21,922 bases of DNA from an uncultured delta proteobacterium (lineage in GTDB: Bacteria; Desulfobacterota; Desulfomonilia; UBA1062), in the NCBI GenBank assembly GCA_963752595.1, contig CAVVYZ010000011.1:1-21922 (forward strand), written 5' to 3'. A program made the position numbers and the translations under genes. Shown one piece after another: positions 10,613 through 19,878 of the stretch. The notes beneath the pieces were generated by a model that was given only the letters and a program-made list of their open reading frames with translations, made no database searches and had not been told where the DNA came from. How positions within the stretch are numbered: position 1 is the first letter of the stretch; each line of letters starts with the position of its first letter.

Positions 10613-10982
10613 AAAAGCTTTCCCTCATTGCACTATTGATTCTTGTACTCCCGGCAACCACGTACGCAGCCCGCCTGCAATGCATCCTGCCGCCGGAAGT
10701 GACGGAAGCTTGTCTCCTTTCGGGTGGTACGACTGCAGTCCTGAAGCATTTCAGGGGCCAGTCCGATGTAGAGTTCCGCAAACTGCGCGCCGAGTATCAG
10801 ATGGATATCCTCGAAGATCAGGCGAGAAAAGCAGAAACACTCATCAATGAAAAAAAGCAGGCATATTCCGGAAAGGTTGCCGAGATTCGCAAGAACTATC
10901 TTTCAATGCTGGAAATTACCATCCATTCCAGCCAGGCAGCCATAAACCCCTCAACATCCGCACTCGGTGATGTTCTTTACCG
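10609..10982 (+). CDS. Secreted hypothetical protein, truncated by the fold point
   Basis: ATG overlaps the kinase stop (ATGA). Signal peptide MKKLSLIALLILVLPATTYA is followed by a helical/coiled-coil-like stretch. The stop at 11013 lies in mirrored sequence, so it is not the native stop. Confidence 0.75.
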
Positions 10983-11333
10983 CGGAAAAAACAACACCGA
11001 GTGCGGATGTTGAGGGGTTTATGGCTGCCTGGCTGGAATGGATGGTAATTCCCAGCATTGAAAACCAGCAAAGTTCGTTCCGGAATATGCCTGCTTTTTT
11101 TCATTGATGAGTGCTTCTGCTTTTCTCGCCTGATCCTCGAGGATATCCATCTGATACTCGGCGCGCAAACCGGATTCTGGTGCGACCAGCCCCTAAAATG
11201 CTTCAGGACTCCATGCATACCATCCGAAAGGAGGCTGCGGGCTTCCAGCGCGCGGGGTCATTGCAGGCGGCTGCGTACATGGTTGCCGGGAGTACAAGAA
11301 TCAAGTTTGCAATGAGGGAAAGCTTTTTTCCAT
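10983..11333 (-). pseudogene. Heavily corrupted mirror of the secreted protein gene
   Basis: Fragments such as KKLSLIA.LILVLPAT.YAA (in ORF 11203-11613) and VLKHFRG (ORF 10916-11218) with many indels. Confidence 0.75.
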
Positions 11334-13509
11334 TGTGCGCGTACCTCTTCCTTGGAATGTGCTGCCGCGGGAATGGGTATGGAAGATGAAGGTAGAACCC
11401 GTGCCTTTCTGGCTCTCCGCATTTACCCATCCGTCTGTGCATCGGCCTGGACCAGGGCCAGGCCCAGACCGGTTCCATTGTCCTTTGGGTGAAATAAGGG
11501 TCAAATATCCTCCTTGTAAGCTCCTGGGGAAACCATACCCTGTTTTTTAACAAGCAGCAGAAAATTGTCCTTAATTCCCATGAGGAATATTTCAAGATTC
11601 CCTCCCGGGGCATTGCATCTTCGGCATTCTTGACTAGATTTATCAGAAACTGCTTGAATTGTCCACGATCTTATTCATGATCTTCGGCAGTTTTTCCGAG
11701 CACTTTGACCTGAGCCTCAATATCCTTCTTTTTCAGTTCGGGCATCAACATGGATACGACCCGAGAATTCGCTTGTACCGCGGGGTCTACGAGCTGCTTT
11801 TTGGGAAGGGGCAGTCTCGCATCAGGAAAGGTATTCCTCCGGTAATCTGGGAGACCTGCTCGATCTCGGATTTCGGATAACGCTGATGAGCTCCTGGGCT
11901 TCCTTGTTTGTCCCCGTGCTCCTTGATCTCGTCTTCCAGGAGCTCGGAGTGGAGGAGTACCGACGTGAGGGGGTTGCGGATCTCGTGGGCCACATGGGCG
12001 GACATCTGCCCCACGGCGGCGAGTTTTTCCGCCTGGATGAGCTTTTCCGTCAGGGCTTTCTTGTCCGTAATATCAACGGCATACTGCACCACATTGTCGA
12101 CCTCGCCCTTGTTGTCGAAGAGGGGGATAGCGCTGATGTCAAAGGCGGGCTTGCCATGGATATCCACTCTCGTGTCCCTCTCGGTGACGATCTGTCCTGT
12201 CTTGAAGCAGCTTTCCAATGCTCGAGTAGCACATGCGCTCGCTTTCAGGAAAGTCCAGCGAGCAGTGTTTGTCGATGACGTCCTCGCGTTTTTTCCCATA
12301 GAGATCGCACAGACGCTCGTTTACATCCAGCAAAAAGGCGGAATCGACATTGCAAGGTAGTGGGGACACCATGAAGATGGATTCCAGCCTTTTGTGCGCT
12401 ACCAGGACCCGTTCCGCCCACTTGTTGCGCTCCGATGCCGTGAGCCGCGCCTTGTTGATGCGCAGCAGGGACCAGCGTGGCGATGATGCACGAATCCGAT
12501 GCTTACCGATCCCAAGAGCAGGGCGTTTCTGAAGGTGTCGGACATGAGGTAGATAACCTCGCTGTAGGGCGAGGTGGCCACGGTGACCCATCTGCGGTTC
12601 AGAAAATGGACGGAAGAGAAGGCGAAGAGCTTTTTCACCGGCTTGAGATTCGGGTAGTGGGGGAAGGTGAATTCGTACATGCCGTCGTTCTTGAGCTCCA
12701 TGGCCCGCCTGACGGTCTGGATGCCCGAAATGCTGTATCCCTGTTTCTCCATCTTCAGCACGATGTCATAGAGGTTCATTCCAACCCACTGGGGATTCGG
12801 ATGGTAGAGGATCGTGCCTGTCTCGTCCATAAGCCATGCATATCCGGTCTCCGATGGCCTGATGGGCGCGACGTAATGGGCAGTGATATTCGCCAGGTCG
12901 ATGGCGCAGCCGATCACCCCGTGGAACCGGTCATTTTCGCTCTTTGAGGGGGAAAGAGATGATGAAGGTTTCGAAACGGCCTGGTATATCCTTGTTCTTC
13001 TCGCCTCCAACCGTGATGATATCGGATACGAAGGGGACGCCGAGTTCCTTGCCTACCCGGAAATAGGTCCGGAAGCTGAAGTCTTTGCCTTCGAGCCCGG
13101 GAAGGACGTTTTCCGGGTAATGGTAGGTCATGACCCCTTCGGAATTTTCCCAGAAGACGAAGGTCACCTTGTTCTTCAGCGACAGGTAGGCATTTTCCAG
13201 GGCGACCTTGATGGCTGCCGGGTTGCCATCGGCAACGGACTTGATGTGGATGGTCAGGTTGAGGATGTTGGTGATGTCGTGCATGTACTGCTCGATGCCC
13301 ATGGCGGTCTGCTGGGCGAGCAGCCCCTGCTCACGGTTGAACTGCTGGGCCATTTCCCGCTCCACGCTCCGGTAGGAATACATGGCAAAGAGGACCACAA
13401 AGCCCAGCACGATGAAGCTTCCCATCCAGATGAGTATTTCCCATCCGGTCTCTTTAATGGTGATGGTATGTCTCTTTATGGAGCTCTTAATGGGAGTTCC
13501 TCCTATCAA
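11330..13509 (-). pseudogene. Frameshifted mirror of the Cache/PAS histidine kinase
   Basis: Pieces in ORFs 12931-13509, 12399-13010, 12139-12591 and 11787-12299 match 8423-10612; corruption increases toward the centre. Confidence 0.88.
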
Positions 13510-14854
13510 CCGATATACATATCCTTTACTATTTTCTTGGGCAGGTTTTCAACGTGCGCTTTCAGATCGTCTTTTTCCAGGGCGAAGAGCGGGCTGATCT
13601 CCACAAGGCTCTCCTCATCCACTTCGATGCCGAGATCCTCAAGCCAGCTCTTGTGCAGAGGCTCTGCATCGCCTTCGAGCTTTCCAGGGAATCTTCTCCC
13701 GTCTTGTTTTTCACCGGGGCGAACTCATCCTCCCTGATCACCTCCATGGAAACGGAGTATCCTGCCATGGGAGGGCATCGAAGATGAAGGTTTCGAACTT
13801 GACGCCCTTCACCTCCGCGGGGTTTCCTGGGTCCAGGGCGGAGATGGCCTTGGCCGCCCGGTGGAAAGGGAGCCTCAGGTCGGTTCCGGTGAGCGATTCG
13901 ACGAAATCCCGCCTGATCATATGGATCGCGATGGACCCGGCCCAGTAGATCATCTGGCCCCTGTCCTCGGTTGCAAAGCGCATCGCGTCGCTCATGTCGC
14001 TGTATTCGATCACCCGTGCTTTCCCGCTTACCTTCGCGATGACCCCGACCTTTTCATCGAAGTCCCTCTTCCTTACCACCTTGGAGGACATGTCTGAACC
14101 CTTCATGGCATGGAGGCCGATGAAGAGGGGGTCGCACACCGACACGAGGGGGTTGTCCACCTGGAAGAAGAAGATCTCCTCGATGCCTTTGCTCTCCATG
14201 ATGTCCAGGCACCCGTTCTTCTTGAGGGCGGACAGCGTGCCGCCATGGCCGTCGGGATTCATGAACAGCCCGCCGTCTTTTGAGATGATGAGCCCCTTCC
14301 TCGGTAACGGAGGGGAGCATGCCCTGGACGAAGAAAAAGACTCTTCTCATCAAGCCCGAAAAAGGAGTGTTCGTCAAAGAACGAACGCGTGTCCTCGTCA
14401 TTTTCCCGTGATGTCATGATGAACAAGGGAATGGCCCGGGAATATTTCCGCGAGAGGGCAGGACTTTTTCCGCATGGATCTGGAAAAGGCTCTTGGACCG
14501 GACAGGGCTTACTCCAACCACTCCCTTGGGTGCATCGATTCCCAGACGGGAGCCCTGGCCGCCTGCAACGACAAGCGCTGCGACGGTGCCTCTCCTGAGG
14601 AGCTCTTCGCCATGCCTCCGGTATTGTCCTCTGAGCGGTGGCGTCAAAGGAGGCCGGGATAACCTCTGCAGGCTCCACGTCCTCCAGGGGGGGTCTTGAT
14701 ACAGGTGTTTCCCTTCGATCAGCTCATTCACCAGTGCAATATCGGTAATATCCAGATCCCTTTCCACTGCCTGTCGGGAGATGAACGGCGCCCCTGCCTC
14801 AAGAAGTCTTGCGATACGGTCCTGCCCGATTTGCAGCAGCCTTTTTTCGAGCAT
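13506..14854 (-). pseudogene. Frameshifted, divergent mirror of the UDPGP-family gene
   Basis: Pieces in ORFs 14414-14854, 14259-14678, 14054-14401, 13738-14262 and 13562-13768; 13 nt shorter than 7065-8426. Confidence 0.88.
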
Positions 14855-16079
14855 TCATGATCTCCTTAACCCGTTTTTCAAACCCGACATCCCTGGGTAT
14901 ATACAGCCTCACTTCTTCGACGCCCTCAGGGAAATAGTTCATGAGAAGGGCGCCGTGGGGATCATCATGGGCATAGATATACCCTTTTCCATACCCCATC
15001 TCCTTCATCAGCTTCGTCGGTGCATTGCGCAGATACAAAGGCACCTGCGGCGTGCCGGTCTTTTTGATCAGGTCGCGGACCTTTTTTTCGGCGAGGTACA
15101 GCGCGTTGCTCTTGGGCGCACAGGCGAGATACACTGCGGCCTGGTAGAGGGCGAGTTCCCCCTCGGGGGACCCCAGCGTGGTGAACGCGTCTTTAGCCGA
15201 GATCACCATGCGCAGTGCATTTGGCTCAGCCATGCCGATGTCTTCCGAGGCTATCCTGATCATCCGCCTCAGGATGAAGAGCCTGTCTTCGCCGCCTTCG
15301 AGCATCCTGCCCAGCCAATAGATGCTTGCATGGATGTCGCTTGCCCGCACGCTCTTATGGAAGGCGGATATAATATCGTAGTGCTTTTCACCGGTCTTGT
15401 CGTGATAAAACGGCCTCTCCAGAAGGGAGCTTAAGTCCTGGATCTCGATCTGCTCTTTCTCTATGGTGGTCAGGGCCAGTTCGAGAAGGTTGAGTGCTGC
15501 CCGCGCATCTCCGTCAGCGGCATGGGAAAGGGCCTTTATGCTTTTCTCCGAGACGGTCTTGTTCTGGGATCTCAGGCTCTCGTCGGACAGAACCGCCCGA
15601 TTCAGAATCCTTTCGATGTCTGCGGCATTGAGCGGATGGAACATGACAACCTGAAGCCGCGAGAGCAACGGCGAGGTGATGGAGAAGGACGGGTTTTCCG
15701 TTGTCGCACCGATCAGGATGATGTCTCCCCGTTCAACGAAAGGGAGCAGGGCATCCTGCTGGATCCGGTTGAACCGGTGTATTTCATCGATGAAAACGAT
15801 GGGCTGGGAGGCCGCTTTTTCAGAATCCTTCGTAACCCGCTTTATATCCTGAACCCCGCTGGTGACCGCGCTGACCGAAAAGTACGAATCCGGGTGGAGC
15901 ATCTCAATGATGTGCGCCACGCTGCTCTTCCCTGTTCCGGGAGGTCCCCAGAGTATGACCGAGCGAAGGTTTCCAGCGATGAAGCTGTCGATAAACTGCC
16001 TTGCCTCGTCCTGCCCGATGAGCTCATCGATGCAATGGGGCCTGATCCTGTATGCAAGAGGAGGGATGTGCTTTTCCAT
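14799..16079 (-). CDS. rarA: RarA/MgsA AAA+ ATPase (mirror copy, identical protein)
   Basis: 426-aa translation is identical to 5840-7120. Confidence 0.95.
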   Translation of the reverse strand: MEKHIPPLAYRIRPHCIDELIGQDEARQFIDSFIAGNLRSVILWGPPGTGKSSVAHIIEMLHPDSYFSVSAVTSGVQDIKRVTKDSEKAASQPIVFIDEIHRFNRIQQDALLPFVERGDIILIGATTENPSFSITSPLLSRLQVVMFHPLNAADIERILNRAVLSDESLRSQNKTVSEKSIKALSHAADGDARAALNLLELALTTIEKEQIEIQDLSSLLERPFYHDKTGEKHYDIISAFHKSVRASDIHASIYWLGRMLEGGEDRLFILRRMIRIASEDIGMAEPNALRMVISAKDAFTTLGSPEGELALYQAAVYLACAPKSNALYLAEKKVRDLIKKTGTPQVPLYLRNAPTKLMKEMGYGKGYIYAHDDPHGALLMNYFPEGVEEVRLYIPRDVGFEKRVKEIMNARKKAAANRAGPYRKTS

Positions 16080-16221
16080 ACACCTAGCTATAGCATAAAA
16101 ACCGGCCAGAGAAAAAATTTTATAAAAAATTGAAAAGAAGGGTTAAGTAAACCCAAGTCGGGTCGATACAAAGTAATAGGTTCTTCAAGATTCATTCCCC
16201 GTAGAACCTCCTCATATGTTC

Positions 16222-16249
16222 GCAGGTCTAACCGACCTGCTTTTTTTTT
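16222..16249 (+). terminator. Intrinsic terminator with no annotated gene upstream on this strand
   Basis: Perfect 7-bp GC-rich stem GCAGGTC/GACCTGC, 5-nt loop, immediately followed by T9. Confidence 0.75.
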
Positions 16250-16397
16250 GGAAAAAACCAAAGAAGCCATTTTCGGGTAGCAGTAAAACATCCATTCTCT
16301 GCCCGATCGGGGTTCGGTGAAGTGGCCTTCAAAGGAGAAGAGCTTTTATCTATACGATATCATTTGAAATTTAATTAAAAACCCTGGAAATCTTTCC

Positions 16398-16425
16398 TTG
16401 ACATTTCCTTTTGATACATTATAGA
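16398..16425 (+). promoter_or_regulatory. Putative sigma70 promoter of tRNA-fMet
   Basis: TTGACA (16398-16403), 16 nt, TATAGA (16420-16425); tRNA starts at 16438. Confidence 0.55.
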
Positions 16426-16437
16426 AGACTCATGTGA

Positions 16438-16514
<77 letters not shown>

Positions 16515-16570
16515 GCTTTCATCCGAGGTATTTCCTGGCAGCCCATTTCATTTTTTCCGCCGCTTCTTCA

Positions 16571-16984
16571 TCACTGGAATGAGATGTCATAGGTGTTCTT
16601 GTTCTCGTCGTAGCATGTCCCGCACCCGATCATCTTCATGTCACCCATTTCCTTTGACTTGAACTCGGCGGTGATATCGCACTCGAGGAATCGCTTTTCC
16701 TTGTTTCCCAGCTGTGCCTTTCCGGAAAACTGCTGCAGGGGGATATTATCGAGCTTTATGACGGGTTTCTTTTCGTCTGTGGTAATCATGATAAAAGGAC
16801 CGGTAAGGTCTCCATAGGGAGTGCCGGGGAACGTGATCAAGCCTATCTGATACTCGGCATCGAAACTCAATCCCCCATAGTATATGCGTCCGTCATGGTC
16901 GACCAGCATGGCTTCGCTGCTCAATTTGCAGCTGGTAAGAGCGGTAAGGAGCAGGCACAGCACAACGATGCGGATGGCATTCAC
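16571..16984 (-). CDS. Hypothetical lipoprotein (137 aa)
   Basis: GTG start after GAGGAGG; signal peptide II MNAIRIVVLCLLLTALTS-C with lipobox LTSC. Confidence 0.8.
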   Translation of the reverse strand: MNAIRIVVLCLLLTALTSCKLSSEAMLVDHDGRIYYGGLSFDAEYQIGLITFPGTPYGDLTGPFIMITTDEKKPVIKLDNIPLQQFSGKAQLGNKEKRFLECDITAEFKSKEMGDMKMIGCGTCYDENKNTYDISFQ

Positions 16985-17166
16985 CTTCTTTCCTCCTCAT
17001 GGGGATATCAACAAAGACTTCCAAGTGCAATCAGATGGTATAAAATATCCATTTTGTCAATCCTGTTTAAAATTAAGGCATGTTCAATGATGGTCCTTGT
17101 CTTTCGGGTATGGTCGTCCTGATAATGATATTTTATTCAAGATAGTGTCATAAATGATCGAATATA

Positions 17167-17194
17167 TTGACTGTAAAGTATATGTGGTTATTTT
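17167..17194 (+). promoter_or_regulatory. Possible sigma70 promoter of the hybrid kinase
   Basis: TTGACT-16 nt-TATTTT in the AT-rich divergent intergenic region, 45 nt before the GTG. Confidence 0.35.
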
Positions 17195-17239
17195 AAAGGT
17201 AATGCGGTCGATAAAACAGAACCTTGTGGGGGTTTTGGG

Positions 17240-19621
17240 GTGACAGGAAATCAATCCTGCGAAGATCTGCAGGCGAGGGTGGACGAGTTACAAACCGAGC
17301 TTGAGAGATATAAAGAGAAGGAACTTGATCTCCTCGAGCTGGAGGAAAAGTACCGGCTTTATTTTGAAAAGTCCACGGATGTCATGTTTTCCATCAGTTC
17401 AGAGGGCGAGATCCTGAGTGTTTCACCCAGCGTCGAGAAGATGCTTGGGTACAAGCCCGAAGAGCTTATTTCGGGCAAGATCTACGAGATGGGCATCCTG
17501 CAGCCGGCCTCCTTGAACAAGGCATTGATCCTTCTCGGACATATCAGCGAAGGCGGCCAGGTCGACCCTGAACAGTATGAATTCATCGCCAAGGACGGGA
17601 CCCGTCGTGTCGGCACCGTTACCAGCGTTTCCCTCGTGCGGCATGGAAAGATGTCTTCTATCGTTGCGGTGGGACGTGACGTAACGGAGAGCGTAAAGGC
17701 CACGGAGTGCATCTCTGAGATCAACGAGCAGATCAATACGCTGCTCCAGGCGATACCCGATATCGTTTACTTCAAGGATGCGGCAGGCCGGAACATCTCG
17801 GTGAACAAGTCTTTCGAGCTCTTTGCAGGGCTTCCCAAGGACAAAATCGAAGGCAGAACCGATGGGGAGATCTTTCTTCCGGAGTTCGCCTCGAGGCAGA
17901 AGATGACCGATGAGCCCGTAATCAGGGGCGGCAAAACCGTTCACCTGGAGGAATATTTCCAGAAGCCCGACGGGAGCCGGATTTTTTTCGACACTATAAA
18001 GGCGCCTATCTGCGACAAAACGGGAAACGTCATAGGTCTCGTGGGGGTTAGCCGTGATATCACCGACCGCAAACAGGCCGAAGTATACTTGCGGCAGAGT
18101 GAAGAAAGATACCGTTCTTTCGTCGAAAGCACTTTTTTCGGATTTGCCATTTTCGAGATACCTACCGCCCAGTTCATCCTCATCAATGAAGTGGCGTGCC
18201 GGATGTTCGGATATACCATGTCGGAAACGCAGGAGATATTGGTATGGGATGTAATACACCCCGACGAGCACGAGAATCTGAAAAACCGGGTGGCTTCCAA
18301 GATCAGCAGCAGGATTCCCTACTCTTCCCCCGAGACATACACCGGAGTAAGGAAGGATGGGTCATTCATCAGGGTCCAAGTAAATGCGGCGCCGGTACCG
18401 TATATGGGCAGGACTGCCATGCAGGTCGTGTTCATTGATATAACCGAAACGGAACATCTCGAAAAGCAGTTCCAGCAGGCGCAGCGCATGGAGGCCGTAG
18501 GGACTCTGGCCGGAGGCATTGCCCATGATTTCAATAATCTGCTTATGGGGGTTCTGGGGAACATCTCTCTCATCCTGATGGGGAAGAAGGGCGGAGAGGA
18601 AGATTATGAGCGGTTGAAGAACATCGAGCGGTATGTACTCAGGGGTTCCGAACTGACCAAGCGGCTCCTGGGATTTGCCCGTGGCGGCAAGTATGAGGTC
18701 AGGGTAACGGATTTAGGCGAGTATGTGGAGAGGAGCCTGGATATGTTCGCCCGGACCAAGAAGGAAATCCGGACTCACTACAAGGTGGAAGAAGGATTAT
18801 GGACTGTTGAAGTCGACCACGGACAGATGGAGCAGGTGCTTCTGAATCTGTTTGTGAATGCATGGCAGGCGATGCCCGATGGCGGCGAACTGTTCGTTGA
18901 GTGCAGGAATGAGGTGCTGACAGACGGAATCGTGGGGCCGCATGCATTGAAATCGGGCAGGTTTGTGCAGCTCGATGTAAAGGATACAGGCATCGGCATG
19001 GATGAAGCAACACGGGTAAGGATCTTCGACCCGTTCTTCACGACCAAGGAACGGGGCATCGGCACCGGCCTGGGCCTGGCATCCGTATATGGGATCCTCA
19101 AGAACCACGGCGGTTTCGTCACGGTTGAGAGTGAGACCGGCGCGGGTTCTTCATTTCACATCTACCTGCCTGCGAGTACCAGGGAGCCCGAATATGAACG
19201 GGAAGTTGAGAATGAGGTAAAGGAAGGCGCCGAAACCGTACTCCTGGTCGATGATGAGGAGATGGTTGTCGATGTGGGGACAGACATGCTCCGGAGCATG
19301 GGATACACGGTTCTGAGCGCACACAGCGGAGAGGATGCCCTGGCGTTGTATCAGAAGCACATGAGCGAAATAGGGCTGGTGATATTGGATATGATCATGC
19401 CCGGTATGGGCGGGTTAAAGACATACGAGAGGCTCAAAGAGCTCGATCCGGGGGTGAAGGTTCTTTTGTCGAGCGGATACAGCCGTGACGGACAGGCTGA
19501 AGAGATCCTGACGAGGGGATGCAACGGCTTTATCCAGAAGCCTTTCAGCCTGCAGGATCTTTCCTTGAAAATAAGGGAGATCATAGACCTTTCATGCATT
19601 GCTTCAGGCGTTCCCGAGTGA
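17240..19621 (+). CDS. Cytoplasmic hybrid histidine kinase (coiled coil - 3 PAS/PAC - HisKA - HATPase - REC)
   Basis: PAS/PAC ends GRDVT, SRDITDRK, FIDITE; H-box LAGGIAHDFNNLL; NLFVNAWQA, DTGIGM, FDPFFTTK, GTGLGL; receiver LVDDE...LDMIMP...SSG...FIQKPF; no obvious TM segment. Confidence 0.93.
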   Translation: MTGNQSCEDLQARVDELQTELERYKEKELDLLELEEKYRLYFEKSTDVMFSISSEGEILSVSPSVEKMLGYKPEELISGKIYEMGILQPASLNKALILLGHISEGGQVDPEQYEFIAKDGTRRVGTVTSVSLVRHGKMSSIVAVGRDVTESVKATECISEINEQINTLLQAIPDIVYFKDAAGRNISVNKSFELFAGLPKDKIEGRTDGEIFLPEFASRQKMTDEPVIRGGKTVHLEEYFQKPDGSRIFFDTIKAPICDKTGNVIGLVGVSRDITDRKQAEVYLRQSEERYRSFVESTFFGFAIFEIPTAQFILINEVACRMFGYTMSETQEILVWDVIHPDEHENLKNRVASKISSRIPYSSPETYTGVRKDGSFIRVQVNAAPVPYMGRTAMQVVFIDITETEHLEKQFQQAQRMEAVGTLAGGIAHDFNNLLMGVLGNISLILMGKKGGEEDYERLKNIERYVLRGSELTKRLLGFARGGKYEVRVTDLGEYVERSLDMFARTKKEIRTHYKVEEGLWTVEVDHGQMEQVLLNLFVNAWQAMPDGGELFVECRNEVLTDGIVGPHALKSGRFVQLDVKDTGIGMDEATRVRIFDPFFTTKERGIGTGLGLASVYGILKNHGGFVTVESETGAGSSFHIYLPASTREPEYEREVENEVKEGAETVLLVDDEEMVVDVGTDMLRSMGYTVLSAHSGEDALALYQKHMSEIGLVILDMIMPGMGGLKTYERLKELDPGVKVLLSSGYSRDGQAEEILTRGCNGFIQKPFSLQDLSLKIREIIDLSCIASGVPE

Positions 19622-19878
19622 AAAACTGAACAAAACCTGCCGAATTGACCCTTACGGTGAAGCTTATCTGACGATGCCCTTCATGAGGGGAAGCCGTGTA
19701 TTCCAAAAAGATTCCTCACGGCTCCGGAAAAGGAATGTCCCCTGTGCAAAATTTCATACAATAAATTCGTTTTGCTATGTCACAAGACGATCATCTCATG
19801 AACACTTCAGAATAACACCGTTTTAAAGCCCCCTTTTTCTAACCTGATGCCTGCACAGGAGACAGATAAATCATACCC

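Noticed and set aside
10960-11005. Hairpin telomere of a linear plasmid or phage
   Set aside because: Content is chromosomal housekeeping, the fold interrupts a CDS, no protelomerase is present, and arms from one hairpin molecule should be identical.
10510-11013. 167-aa ORF as called in the track
   Set aside because: The likely start is ATG 10609 (signal peptide, ATGA coupling) and the last residues come from mirrored sequence.
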